Part shown: piece after piece, positions 22,335 through 35,923 of the stretch
Position numbering within the stretch: position 1 is the stretch's first letter
How the letters are laid out: each line of letters begins with the position of its first letter
Source: Sminthopsis crassicaudata
Lineage: Eukaryota
DNA: 64,000 nucleotides
NCBI RefSeq assembly: GCF_048593235.1
Contig: NC_133617.1
Coordinates: forward strand, 171,886,937 to 171,950,936
Direction: 5' to 3'
Notes under the pieces: model-generated
The model's database searches: none
What the model was told of the DNA's origin: nothing
What the model saw: only the letters and a program-made list of their open reading frames with translations
Translations under genes and position numbers: made by a program

Positions 22335-25300
22335 CTACTAATTAATAATCTTTTTCAAATAAATGCCATTTATTCCTATATTCTTTAATAATTTTAATAG
22401 GAATGGATGTTGTATTTTGAGAGAGTCTTTGTGTGTCTATTGAGATAATCATGTGATTTCTGTTGGTTTTGTTACTGATATGGTCAATTATGCTAATAGT
22501 TTTCCTAATATTGAACTAGCTCGGTATTCCTGGTATAAATCCCACCATTTTTGTGATATAGTGCTGCAATCTCTTTGCTCGCATTTTCTTTAAAATTTTG
22601 CATCAATATTCTTTAGAGAAATGTGTAATTTTTTTTGGCTGATTCGGTTCCTCTTCATTTAGGTATCAGCACTATAATTGTATCATAAAAGGAATTTGGC
22701 AGGACTCCTTCTTTGCAGATTTTCCCCAACTTTAACATGCATTGGGATTAATTGTTCTTTAAATGTTTGGTAGAATGTGCTTGTGAATCCATCTGCTTCT
22801 AGGGATTATTTTTTAGAAATCCATTGAAGGTTTGTTTGATTTTTAAGATTGACAAAAAAATAAAGTGCTTAAATAACTCAATCTGGATAATTTATATGTT
22901 TGTACATAGTCATTTCATTTAAATTGTCAAATTTATTAGCATATAATTGGGCAAAAAAACTCATGCAATTGCTTTAATTTTCTCTTCATTGGTAATTCAC
23001 TCCTTTTGTTTTTGATACTAGAAATTTGGTTTTCTTCTTTTCTTTTTTTAATAAAATTAAGCAATGAATTATTATTGATCAAATTTTTTTTTCAGAAAAC
23101 CAGTCTTCAGTTTTATCAGTTAAATGATTTTCTTCTTTTCAATTTTATTAATTTCTCCTTTGATTTTAAATTTTTGCAACATAGTATTTAGTTGGGGATT
23201 TTAAGTTTGTTCTTTTTCTAGGTTTTTTTTAGTTATATGTCCAATTCATTGATGTAAGTGTTCTCTATTTCATTGAAGTAAAAAAAATATAATTTTTCCC
23301 CTAAGTACCACTTTGGTTGTATCCCATAGATTCTGGCATATTCTCTCATTGATGGCATTTTCTATAATGAAATTACTAATCATTTCTAAGACTCTTTTGG
23401 GAATTAGATTTATTTCATTTCCAATTAAGTTTTAATCTCTCTTTCTAATGTCCATTATTGAATGTAATTTTATTGCATTATGATCTGAAATACTACTATC
23501 TGCTTTTCTGCATTTGATTGTCAGATTTTTAATATCCTAATACATTGTCTGTTTTTATATAGTGCCATATATTGCTGAGAAAAAGATACATTCCTTTCTA
23601 TTCCCATTCTGTTTTCTCCAAAGGTCTGTTATAGCTAACTTGTCCAGAATTTTATTTACTTCCTTAATTTTTTTTTCTTTTTTAGTTGGATGTGCGTAGT
23701 TCTGAGAAGGGAAAGTTAAGGTTCCCCACTGTCATAGTTTTGTTATCTATTTGTTCCTGTAACTCATTCAACTTCAAAAACTTAGATGCTATAACATTTG
23801 GTGCATAGATGTTTAGTATTAATATGATTACATTGTCTATAGCAAGATACAGTTTACTCCTGACTTCATTGTCTACAGTAGCTTTTAGGAACTTCTGGTT
23901 TCCTTATCTCTTTTAATTAGATCTATTTTGGTTTTTGCTTTTTCTCTGAAATTATGATTGCTGCTTCTGATTTCTTTGCTTCAACTAAAGAAATTTTGCT
24001 CCAGCCCCTTAGCCTGTGTATATCTTTCTGCTTCAAATATGTTTCTGGTAAACAACATGTTATAGGATTCTAGTATCCATCCTGCTATCCACTTCTATTT
24101 TGTGGGTGTAATTAACTGTATATTTCCCTTCATGCTGTTTTCCCTTTATCTCTTTTAATCCTTCTCCTCATAAGTGTTTTACTTCTGTTCACTGCATTTC
24201 CCAGTCTACCCTCCCTTTTATGAGCCCTCCATTCCCCTTCTATATCCCTTTTTACTTCTTTATAGGGTAAGATAGATTTTTGTATCCAAGTGACTGTGAT
24301 TTGAATCAATTTTGATGTAAGGTTTAAACTTTGGCGAACCACTCTCATCCTCTTTCATCTTCCTCTCCATTACAATGGCTTTTTCATGCATCTTTTATGG
24401 GATAATTTACCTCATTCAATTTCCCCTCTCTTGCTTCTTATATAACTTTTTTCTCACCCCTTTATTTTGTTTTTTGGGGGTACCATTCCATCAAAGTCAC
24501 CAATATCCACATCCATACAGAAATATAAACAATTTAACTTTATTGCATTTCTTGTTTTCTCTTTTAATAGTCTACAAATACTAAGCAACAGGAGAATAAG
24601 GAAGAACAAACTTGTCATTTTAATGATAGCTAACTAGCTTAAATATGGTGATTTAAGATTTGTAAAGCACAATATAAATGTTAACTCACTTGATCCTCAC
24701 AAGAACCCTGTGAGGTTGATTCTACTTGTTCCCAGATAGGTGATTCAGTGGTTCACTGGACCTGAAGTCAGAAAAACCCGAGTTCAATTTTAAACTCAGA
24801 TGTTTCCTAGCTGTGGAATCCTGGAAAAGTCACTTAATTTCTGTACGTCTGTTTCCTTAAATATAAAATTATAAAATCTATTTCATAGGGTTATGAAGAT
24901 CAAAAGTGATATTTGTAAAGTGCTTGGCACATTAAGATATTTAATAAATGCTTCTTCCCTTCCTTTCCCTGTTTTACAGATGAGAAAACTGAGGTTCAGA
25001 GAAGTTGTGACTTGCCAAGGTTCACACAGCTAATAAACACCTGAGGCAGGACTTCTTCACTCCAGGTCCAACACTTTACTATGCCATTTGGTTTTGAGTT
25101 AAATCTTGTTCTTAAAAAAAATTCTATGCAGTTTTAGATGCATCCTAATGTTTCACATATATTTTTGCTTCACACCAGTTTGTCTAAACTTTCAACATCT
25201 GGTTCTTAATCCTACAAAAATTATTAGTGTCTTCCTCACAGAAATTCCTTTACATTTTTAAAGTTTTCTTTGCATTGTTTTGTACTGACTTATCTTTGCA

Positions 25301-26220
25301 TGCATTGTTTTTCCCTGTAAGATGTAGGCTCCTTAGAAAGAAATCACTTTCATTATCATCTTTTTTCCCAAAACTTAGCATAGCACAGAACTCATAGAAA
25401 ATGTTCAGTAAGTGCTAGTTGAATTGAATTGAGTTGCATTTAATTAACAAATTTAAATGACATGAAAATGCATTAAATCAATTTTAGTCAAGTAAATAAG
25501 AATCTTGTTATTTAACAGATTTAACTATACTACAGAATTCCAGAAGTGTGAGCAATATATTCCTACAGAAGCTACTTCAAACAGGTTTACATAACTGGTG
25601 GTGGCTTTCACCTCCAATTTAAAGAGCTGTATATTTGTGTGCAGAGGCAAACCCCCTTAAGCTTTTATGAGAAGTGAACCCAAACATTTCTTCAGAATCT
25701 GAATGAATCTTTGAAATATGCTATTTAAATCTAGGGAATCCAGGAGATGTAGGATCAGAAAAAAGAGGCAGACCAATCCCATTGTAAGAAATTTCAGTTA
25801 GTTAGGTTCTAATAACGATGTGTACCGGAAAAATTAGTTTTGTTTATTGCTTTCCAAAGTCTTGACAATCAGCAGAACAATAAACCATACCCTGATTTGT
25901 AGTGTTTGCCAATTTCATTAAGCTCTTATGAGCTGGTTTGATCTAGCTTTAGTGGATCCAACTCTGAAAGACCAACTTAGATTATAGGAAAACAAAATCA
26001 CAAAATTTCAGAGTTGTAAGGAGCAGTCAACATGATATGATGAAAATGGCTTAGGGTCTACATGTCAGGGGATCAGAGTCCAAGCTTAACCTATGTGATA
26101 GAAGACAAGTCATTCAGCCTCCATTGGCTTCAATTTCTATCTTTTTATGACTAGTGAGGTTTTTCCCAGCTCTATATCTATCAGCTATGATTTAACTTCT
26201 ATGTTTTCTAATTCTACTGA

Positions 26221-26465
26221 TGTTATTGTTCATCACAGTCACATCTGATTCTTTCTGATCCCACTTGGGGTTTTCTTGACAAAGATATTAAATGGTTCAC
26301 CATTTTCTTCTCCAGCTAATTTTACAGATGAGGAAGCTGAATCAAACAGAGCTAAGTGATTTGCCCAGGTTCACACTGCTAATAAGTATCTGAAGCTGAA
26401 TTTGAACTCAGTAAGATGAATCTTCATCATGGGGCTTAGTGTCCTATCTATTGCACTAACTTGCC
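26221..26465 (-). mobile_element. Mar1-type CORE-SINE
   Basis: Antisense RTE-like tail (tgttattgttcatcacagtc...ggggttttcttgacaaagata), MIR core, and tRNA-like head. Confidence 0.78.
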
Positions 26466-27529
26466 AACTCCACTCATACCTTACCAAGTATCCCCTCTAG
26501 AACATCACTAATACATTAGTATAAAAAACAAAATATTTATACCTTTTAATTATTATTGTTTGTATTTGGCACATATCCCATAGTTTATTAATATCCAAGG
26601 AAACTATATTCAGAATTACTCCAGAGACTCATTGACAATACTCATCACTGGAAAAAATCCTAACACTTTAAATTACAGTTACAAATCATGTTTGTTTGGT
26701 TTTTTTTTAACTTTTAATTTTCACTATATTGTATAAATATATCTAATTATTCTCACTCTACATAAAATGCTATAAGTGCCTTTGGGGGACGGATTAAGTT
26801 TATCAATTCAGTTAGAAACTTGGTTGTTTTGATTAACGTCAGCTATTATCTATTATAGTGAATGTCATAATGCCACCTAATTAAGAAAAAGTAAGTGCTT
26901 AAAATTACCAAACCTATATCCTGCATGGTTAAAAAATACAGCAACACAGTCTCTGAGTTTTCAGTAGTTGAAGTCAATATAGGCCTAATTAGTGCAGTAT
27001 CAATCCACCAGACCCTCTGCCCCAAAAACACTGGTCTTGCCAAGGTAGGCTATGAATATATAAAAATAGAATAATGTCAATTAATTTAAAAGAAAAAGCA
27101 ATAATATCCACAAATCTACTGGTTGGATTTCATGGAAACATTTATTATTCTAAAAATATCCTTGAATCTAGAAGTGTCCAAAAATGGTCTCCAAATAAAG
27201 AGAAAATTGGCTATTTAAAGGCCAAGGATCATACATAAGATAAGAGTTTATTACACTTGAAATTGTATACTAAATTAAGCTTATTGATTTCACAAATGTA
27301 ATTTTCCAGTTTTCACCTGAAAATTTCAGTTGTTACCAAGTTATAGAGGAAGAATAGACTGAGGAAAATGTAGAAGAGGGAGAAAGAGAGTGCTAGGTAA
27401 CAAATTTGAGAAATAGAAATTAACAAAAAGAAAGAAAAGAGCAGAAACAATATAATTATCAACTATAAAGCATTCAGGCAATTTAATGTAGGGGGAAATT
27501 GTTCTATATATATATCAATAGCCCCTGAA

Positions 27530-27720
27530 GACCTGATCATATTCAAGTATACTAAAATTAATTTCTGACCACTATAATCTTTTTGAGAAGATAGTGAGAC
27601 ATAACGATATGATTTAGAAGATTTAAGAATAACAAATAAATCGTTTTTTTAATTTAAAGAAAGTGATATACCGATTGCTTCTTCTTTGAAATTGCTAACA
27701 TTCTCAAAAATCTTGATCTA
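27530..27720 (+). mobile_element. L3/CR1 RT-domain fragment
   Basis: taatctttttgagaagatagtgaga...agaagatttaagaataacaaat...tttaaaga resembles the CR1 IIFEKSW..GEVP.DWR.ANV.PIFKK segment. Confidence 0.45.
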
Positions 27721-28612
27721 ACTATACACAAGAGAAAAACAAAGTGGATTTAAAAAATGTCTATTTCTATACTGACATCATAATAATTAGATATAGGTGC
27801 ACACACATATATAATAGCAATATATATTAATTGCAAAAAAAGATGACTGAAAGAATCTTTAAAAAATACCTCATGTGCCTACTTTTCTATTTAGACAAAA
27901 TATGAGCTTCACCTATACATGAGTAAATGGGGATATTAGTAAGGACCAAGAAAGTATTCATAAGTGATATTCAAAAACAGATCACATCTTTACCATGAAT
28001 GAAAAAATAGAATATTATGTCAATTTACTTCTTTCCTATTTATGGAAAAGACAGTGCAGGTAGACATACAAACACATGTGTATACATGTATACTACATAC
28101 ATATATATATAACATGGTAGAAATGAATAACTATATAATTATAATGTAATAATAGCTAATATTTATATAGTGACAAAAGATTTACAAAACACTTTACATA
28201 TGTTATCTTACTTGATCCTCAGCAAGTTTTTTGAAGTAGATTCTATTATTATCTCTATTTTACAGAAGAGGAAACTAAGGCTTTCCTGGGTCACATTGCC
28301 ACAGCTAATAAGTTTTTAAGGAAGGATTCATACTCAGGTTTTCTTGACACCAAGTCTATCCAGGGAGGCATCTAACCCTACAGACAGTGAAAGAAAAGCC
28401 CAGGTTTCAATAGACTCCAAAATTCCCATAAAAGAAAAAATGCATCATTTTAATACTAATATTCTATTGATGGTTGCATGTGGCAGTAAGGCATGAAATA
28501 CAACTTCTTCCAAAGAATTAAAAATTATTACATACAGAAACTAATGGAGAGGAGTACTGTCAGCAAGCTATGACATAAAGCCAGTGAAAAATTATAAAGA
28601 ATAATAGAAATA

Positions 28613-28757
28613 GGGACAGCTAGGTGGCACAGTGGATAGAGCACTAGCCCTGAAGTCAAGAAGACCTGAGTTCAAATCTGGTCTCAGACACTTAAAACGT
28701 TCTAGCTGTGTGACCCTGGGCAAGTTACTTAACCCCAATTGCCTCAGGAAAAAAAAA
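28613..28757 (+). mobile_element. WSINE1-type young SINE with 10-bp TSD
   Basis: gggacagctaggtggcacagtggatagagcact...gagttcaaatc...aaccccaattgcctcagg-A9. TSD aatagaaata at 28603-28612 and 28762-28771. Confidence 0.9.
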
Positions 28758-28789
28758 GAAGAATAGAAATAAATATGTCTGCATAGAAT

Positions 28790-29040
28790 TGTAAGGCAAG
28801 AGAAGAAAACCTACTGGTCATGTGCCAAGAATGAGTAGTTACAAGTAGATAACCAAAGTGCTCTCCTTGTATCTTTACAATGTTAAGAAATTGGCCCCCA
28901 AAGATGGCCTCCAGCGTACTGGGTACATCCTCTATTGCAAACTTCAGGACATAGAAAAGAACTAAATAGATTGGGTAGATTGGAAAGACATGGATGGTTT
29001 AGTATCTGTGTAGGAAGAAATCTTGGATCCATTAGATTGC
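28790..29040 (+). mobile_element. RTE-clade LINE 3' end
   Basis: ctactggtcatgtgccaagaatga...gatggcctccagc..tgggta resembles W.GHV.R....GRP..RW.D. Confidence 0.55.
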
Positions 29041-29716
29041 AGGTCCATTTCAGTATTTAAGTGATAAGTATCTAAAGTTTTCACAATAAAGTGATCTGGA
29101 GAAGGAAATAAGACACTAATCCAGTATCATTACCAAGAAAACCCCAAATGGGGTCATAAAGAATTGGATAGAACTGAAAAAAAGGACTTGAACCTGAATC
29201 TTTCTAAGTCCAAGTCCAGGCATTTATCTAATCTTCCACAATGCATCCGCATGAGATATTAATCTTTGAGAATATTATAGTTAATAAATGAGAATATTAA
29301 TGCTTTCCTGACAGCCTCAGCAGGTTGAAGAAGAAACCAATAGTAATGTTTGCATTAGAGTGTAGCAGCACACAAACTCATGCTCTATGTATACCAACGT
29401 TCTCTGATTCTGTTTCCTCTGTCAAATGAGGGGAATGGACTAGAGACTTTATAGTCTCTTCTAATTCCAAATGTGTGATTGCATGAAATGCATGCTTATT
29501 TTGTTTTGTTTAATTCAAGAACCATGTGAGACAAGCCCATGAATCTTGATATCCCTCTTTTACAAATGAGAGATAGTGGGGTATAATGTCTGGATAGAAT
29601 TCTAGATAGAAGAATTTGGAAAACCCCAGAACAAACCCAGATTTGAAGTCCTGTCATTGTCATGTACTGGCTGTATGATCTCAGAGCCCCCAGTCAACTT
29701 TCTAAGGTAGAACTCT

Positions 29717-29890
29717 AGTCCCTAAGCTTAGCAGTATGGGACTCTCTCTTCTTAGTAGAGACTGATGCTAAATTGGTGAGTGGGTTGGTGAGTTGAAGAA
29801 AAGATCTCTTACTCTGAGCAGCCTCTCAAGAAGGTGGAAGGCATCATATCAAGCAAAGAAGAGAGTCCCATACTAATGGACTTTAGGACT
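29717..29890. mobile_element. MITE-like element with ~35-bp imperfect terminal inverted repeats, nested in a CORE-SINE
   Basis: Arms 29717-29753 and 29856-29890. Perfect core agtatgggactctc (29733-29746) pairs with gagagtcccatact (29861-29874). About 100 bp interior. Family unknown. Confidence 0.6.
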
Positions 29891-31529
29891 CAGATTACAA
29901 AGCCTTTAAGTTATAGGGGAGTTTCTGATCTATATTAATAGAAACAGCTTCCACAACCAGGGTCATCCCATAAGAGTGAAATTATAGATCTGGACCAAAG
30001 GAAAAAATAAAGAAAAAAAGAAATAGAGTATCAGAGATATTTTTGCTAGCTCATAGCTCTACCATTCCTCACAACAACCCTAAAAACCAGTCACCTGCAT
30101 TCCTCCTCTTGCTGTTTCCACTAAAACTCAGACTCTGCCTCTGGGATGCTAAATGCTGAAAGGCAAACTTTTCACTCTATCTTATCCAGGACCAAACTAC
30201 CAAGACATTTTCCAGCTATTTTCAAATCATGCTGCCACATGTGAGGTTATGCCTTGCGTGATCATATTTCTATATAATGTAAATGCCACATAGTAGGTAT
30301 TTAGCAAATTTTTTTATTATTTTATTATCAACTACCCTCAGAGAATTGTTGTAAGGAAAGCATATTGCAGATTTTTAATTTTTTTTTATTTTTATAAATT
30401 TACATAAATTTTATAAATTTATTTTTAAAATAAATTTAAAAGTATAAAAAATAAAAAATATATAAAATAATATTTTTATTTAATTAAACTATTCATTTAT
30501 CCAACAAGAATGTATAAAATATCTACTATGTGCAAGGCACAGTGTTAGGCACTAGATACACAGAGACAAAAACAAATAATTCCTGATAAGAGAGCCTACA
30601 TTACATATAAATGTTAGCTATCAAAATTATTATTAGTATTATTATTATAATATCCCAGTAAGTCAACAAAAATGCTTGAAGTATCAACATAAATGCATGG
30701 TATTGACATTATCAGTTCAAAATAGAAAATATTTTAATTTCTAATTTCCAGAAGCAATTTTTTTAAATCATAGTAGAACATAGCCTACTTAGGGTGAAAT
30801 TTGTAGAAATAGCATGGCTTCTTTTTTTAATGAAAGCCAGGGACTTTATTCTCACCCTATGCATGTACTTATTTTCAATTAAAGTTAATTGAAATAATAT
30901 TCATACATACAGAAATGCAATTAGTAAAGTCATTCATATTGATTATTAAAACAACCATTGTGCATGTTGAGCTATCTACAATTATCAGAACTCAATATTA
31001 TTTTGATAATTTGTTGAGCACATTATAATAGCTTTCTCAGTATAGTTAAAACTACAAATTTTTAATTTAAAGTTTTCCCAAATCTAACACTATTCCTTTT
31101 TGGCAGCTATATCTTTGGAGAAAAATATATAATGTCTTCTCTTTAATAATTACATCATCATTATAATGGATTCTTATCCTAAATACATCATATTAAAATT
31201 AATGCAGTAGCTAAATTCACAAAATTGTCACAATATGAATTCTGGTATATCTCTGCTTCATGCAGAAGTATTATTTGCTGAACTCAAACCAAATTTCTCT
31301 ATCTTCCTCTTACATTCCCATGAATATGTACATGAGAACATATATACACACTCATACACACAGTCTGTTCATGCTTCTATAAGACAATTATGTTTATTAT
31401 TTATTTTGAATGAAGTCCATTTTTTCATCATTTTACTTTGTTGTGCCATTCTGTTTGGAACACAACAAAAAGGAACCTTAGTGGAGGCCCTCATCTCTCA
31501 TTTTACTGCAGAAGTATTTTTCTTGTATT

Positions 31530-33960
31530 CCCAACTCCTGGATTCTCCCCTCTCTAGTCCATCTTCCATATAGATGAATGAATTATCTTTCTAAAGCATA
31601 GGTCCAATCATGTCAATCACTTTCTCCAGAAACAGTTCCCTACTGTTTACAGAATAATATATAGATCCCTCAGCATAGCATTTAAATGCCTTAAAATCTG
31701 GCTACAATCAACCTTTACAAATCTCTCCAAATCTGCTATTTATTTATATTTAATATAATTTAAATTAACATATATGTAAATGATATTTCTCCCAGTAAGC
31801 TCTTTGCAGTCAGATTTTTATTTACATTCCTTTCAGTACTCTACTGCCCAGCACCAGACAGGTAATCTAGTCAAAATGGCCTGCTCACTTTTCCCTCAGA
31901 ATTTTTTTCCAGATCATTATCCTTTCTTAAGCTATATGCTCTTCCCTTCACAACTTCAAACACTTAGCAAACCAGTTCAGGTCTTCATTTACTTTTATTC
32001 TTAAGTCCCTTGTTCCCATATCCTAGCATTGCTCATGCATCACAAACCCCAAGGATGTGTTATTCCTTCCATCTTCCATCCACTTTTTCTAGTCCTATTT
32101 AAGTGCTAATGAACACAGTTGAAGAAACTAAAATAATTATGCTGACTAGATCCACTACAGATTTATATTCTCTAATCTTAATTGAGCTCTCATTGCAGCA
32201 AGGAATCCTTTCCCTTAGCTGATCATCTAATCACAACACCATTCCAAATGTCTTTTCTCAAACTTTTATCTACACCTCTCCTCTTCTTTAGAAAATGCCC
32301 TTATTTCCTACTTTGCTAAATAAATAAATAAATAAATGAAAAGAGGCTCTTTCTCAAAGAACTACCTATTTTCTCTTCATTCTTATCTTATAATTTTACA
32401 ACATCCTCAAAGATTCTTTTTTTTTTCCTCTAGTCTCTAAGACTTGAGATGACTTCTCACCAAGACTAACAGGTTCTCTTGATCCCATTCCCTCTTGTCT
32501 TCTCCAGTATATTGCTCCCCCCTCTCATCTTTTCTCTCTTCTTCAATCTCTCCTATCTACTGGCTCTTTACTTGCTTCCTATAAACATTCCCAAATCTTC
32601 CCCATCCTCAAAAATTTCTTCCTAGCATACTGCTACAAGCCCCACCATCTACTATCATATATTTCAATCTTTTCTCAGCAAAACTCTCTGAAAATAACTT
32701 CTTTCACTCTTCTCAACCCCTTGGGTCTGGTGTTTGTCCTCACTGTTCAACTGAAATTGCTTTCTTCAAAGTCACCATAATTTAAATGTCAAATCTAATC
32801 TCTTTTCATTCATTTTCCATATTCACTTCTTTAGTTTTTAACACAATTTATCACTCTTTCCTAGATATTCTTTCCTTTCTAGATTTTTGGGATACTATTT
32901 TCTCCTGGTTCTCCTCCTATCAGTCTGACTGTTCTTTATCAGATTCCTTTTCTATTTATAGCATACAAGCTAATTTTAAGTATATCACAAGGCTTTATAC
33001 CAAACTTTCCCCTCTTTTTTCCTATAAACTCTTTCCTGATTATTTTATTGTGATTATCATGCATGGGTTCAATTATTTCAATAAAATTGATTTATTTATA
33101 TATGCATGCATAGCCTCTATCTGATCTCTAGTCCATATTAACAATTATCTATTAGACAATTCCAAATGGAAGTACTGGAGAAAACTCAAATTCAACATGT
33201 CCAAAATGTAACCTATTTTATTTTCACCTATTACTGAGAATACCACCAACTTTCCACTTCACCTCAGGGTCATTTCTTGCTTTTTACTGTCACTCATTTT
33301 ACTTGGTATTTAGTTGTTCAGAGTACAGTGTACAGAGTGATGGACCTAAAGTCAGGGAGACTTGATTTCTAATCCATCTTTAGATACTTACAAGCTATGC
33401 AATTTTGGACAAATTACTTACCTCTGTCTACCTATTCCCTTTATTATAAAATAGGAATAATAATAATAAATGCTAATATATTTATATCCCAAAATTGTTG
33501 TATCATATTTATTCTTCTATATAACCTCATTTTTTATCTCCCTAACTCATGTCTCAGTCTATTTAAATCTATCCTCCAATCAAAGTCGTTTTCCTTAAAA
33601 AAAAAGTTTCATAATATCATTACCCATGCATCTCCACAAAATCCAATAGCTTATTATTGCTTCTAGGATTAAATAGAAAATCCTCTGCTAGACATTTAAT
33701 TCTCTTCACAACCTGGCTTCTTCCTACCTTTGTAATGTTATACTCTACTCCCCTCTTCAATCTTTTCATATTGTCTCAGGCACACTGGCCTGATTATGAT
33801 TCTATATTTCTGAACCTTTCTTCCTCTGCTCTTTGCCTTTGCTCTAGCTGCCCCTAGATCTGGAATACTTTATCTCCTCATCTCTGCTTCTTGGAATCTA
33901 TGATAATCTTGAAAACAGTTCAAGTACCACCTTCTTCATGAAGTCTGTTCGTGTACCCTC
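31530..33960 (+). mobile_element. Long L2 relic (RT domain to 3' end), interrupted by MIR
   Basis: gatcccattccctcttgtcttctccag...ttcaatctctcctatctactggctc...cccatcctcaaaaa...cactgttcaactgaaattgctttcttcaaagtcacc corresponds to L2 DPIPS.LL, FNLSL.TG, PILKK and HSTETAL.KVT. Confidence 0.8.
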
Positions 33961-34001
33961 AGCTGCTAATTATCAGCAGCCCTTCTCAAAGCATCCTTAT
34001 A

Positions 34002-34647
34002 CACACATACTTCAGATATACTGAGGGTACAGTTCCAGACTACTACAAAAAAGTAAATATTGTAATAAATCTATAACATACTTTTTTATTTCCAGTATAT
34101 ATAAATGTTATATTTATACTATATTGTAGTCTATTGTGTCTAATGTCTAAAAAATTTTTAATATTATAATTAAAAATACTTTATTGCTAAAAATGCTAAA
34201 AATCTGAGCTTTAAGCAAATAGTAATTTTTAGGGGTGGAGGATCTTACTTCAGTGTTGATAACTGCTGACTGATCAGGGTAGTGGTGGCTAAAGGCTGAG
34301 ATGGGTTGGCAGAATAGAGCACATACAATGTTCTTTGATTAAGCTCAGCATTTTATATGGAGGCCATTTGTGTCACCCTAAAACATTTACAATAGTAACA
34401 TCAAAGGTCACTAGTCATTGATCATATATCACAGACAACAATAACAGATATAATAATGATGAAAAAGTTTGAAATATTGTGAGAAATAATAAAACATGTT
34501 ACAGAGACATGGATGTGAGCATGTGCTGTTGGAAAATGGCACTGATAGACTTACATAGTGCACAATTGTCACAAATTTTCCAATTGTAAAGAAAAAAAGT
34601 ATCTGCAAAGTACAATAAAGCAAAGCTCAATAATTTAGGGATGCCTG
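34002..34647 (-). mobile_element. Internally deleted Tigger1-like DNA transposon (Tigger1a_Mars type) with TA TSDs
   Basis: The minus strand begins caggcatccctaaattattgagctttgctttattgtactttgcagatact (Tigger1 5' end). The other end reads TA-cacacatacttcagatatactgagggtacagttccagac (Tigger1 3' end). TA at 34000-34001 and 34648-34649. Confidence 0.85.
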
Positions 34648-35529
34648 TATTCATTCATTTGTATATATTCTTTCGAGGCATGAATTCTTCTCTCCCAACT
34701 TTGAACACAAGCTCTTTGAATGCAGGGACAATTCTAATTTCATCTGTGCTTCCCTAGTTCTTAGTGCAGGTCCTCACACATAATAAGTGCTTAATAAATA
34801 CTTGTTGGTTGAATGGTTGGTGAAGTTTGGCATGTTCTTTCTCTCATTAGAATGTAAGGTCCTTGAGAAACTCACTTTTGTATTTGAATTGTTTTTGTAA
34901 CCCCAGAAATTAGCACAGTGCTTGGCATATAGATGGTACATAATAAATGATTTTCATCCAAACATTCATTCATAGAGAAAGTGCTTAATAAATGATTTTT
35001 TTCATTCACATATTCATTCATTCAACTGGCATTCATCAAGAGCTACTTACTTATCTGCAAAGAATATGAAAACAAAAATAAAACTAGCCTTGAGCCAAAA
35101 ATAACCCGATATTCTAATAGGAGAAATGCAGATATATAAACTTTTAACTGTACAAAGTAATAATAATGCAGGACAATTTTTGAAGACTTATGATGACAAA
35201 CGCTACCCAACCCTCAAGAGAGACCTTATGGAGTTTGAATGCAGATCAAAATATACCTTTTAAAACTTTTTTCATTATTACTGTTTATTTTATTTGATCC
35301 GTGTTTTCTTTTACAACATAATATGAAAATATATTTTGTGTGACTGCACACATATAACCTATACTAAATTGTTATATCAAGGAAGGGAGAAGAGAAGGAG
35401 AAAAAATAGCATTTGGAATTTATAATTATAAAAAATGAATATTAAAAATTGGTTTTACATATAATTGAGGAAAAATAAGTATTAAAGCTATTTACACAGT
35501 ACCTGGCATATAGTAGATATCATTTAAAG

Positions 35530-35591
35530 GATGATGATGATAATTATGATAATGATGATGATGGTGATGATGATGAGATGATGATGATGAT
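35530..35591 (+). repeat. Imperfect (GAT)n microsatellite
   Basis: Direct reading. Confidence 0.9.
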
Positions 35592-35923
35592 TAGCCAACC
35601 ATATTCTAGCATTCCACTCTTAAATGGGCATTTTTCACATTCCAAACAATTTGCAGAGAGAAAATAATAAATTTCTCTCAGTTTATTAGGTTAATGGATC
35701 TATAGCTGGATGATACTTTCAGAAGTATGGACTCAGGTCCATTTAGTCCAAACCCCACATGGTGCATATGAGAAACTTGAAGACTTTGGGGACTAAGATC
35801 AAAGGTCATAAAGGTCTGATAGTTAAGTGACAGAGATGATATTTGAATAAAGGTCCTTTGCTTGTAGGGTCATTGCTCTTTCTACAAAATACATTATTAC
35901 TGAATTGTAGTGTGCTTTCTAGA

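Larger units (their letters stand above)
21180..24520 (-). mobile_element. Old L1 with 3' UTR, partial ORF2 RT and endonuclease, internally deleted
   Basis: Antisense L1 text throughout (ccagtttttccaaaagattttgtcaaac, gcttttgttcttcca, ggtattcctggtataaatccc, tccatctgcttctaggga, gggaaagttaaggttccccact). The 3' UTR at 21190-21450 matches the UTRs of other L1 copies in the window. Confidence 0.88.

Noticed and set aside
26965-27044. Plus-strand exon-like segment (ttttcag|..CAAG|gtaggc; xVEVNIGLISAVSIHQTLCPKNTGLAK)
   Set aside because: No homolog recognised and no phase-compatible partner found. It is on the opposite strand to the better candidates. Pseudo-exons are common in such DNA.
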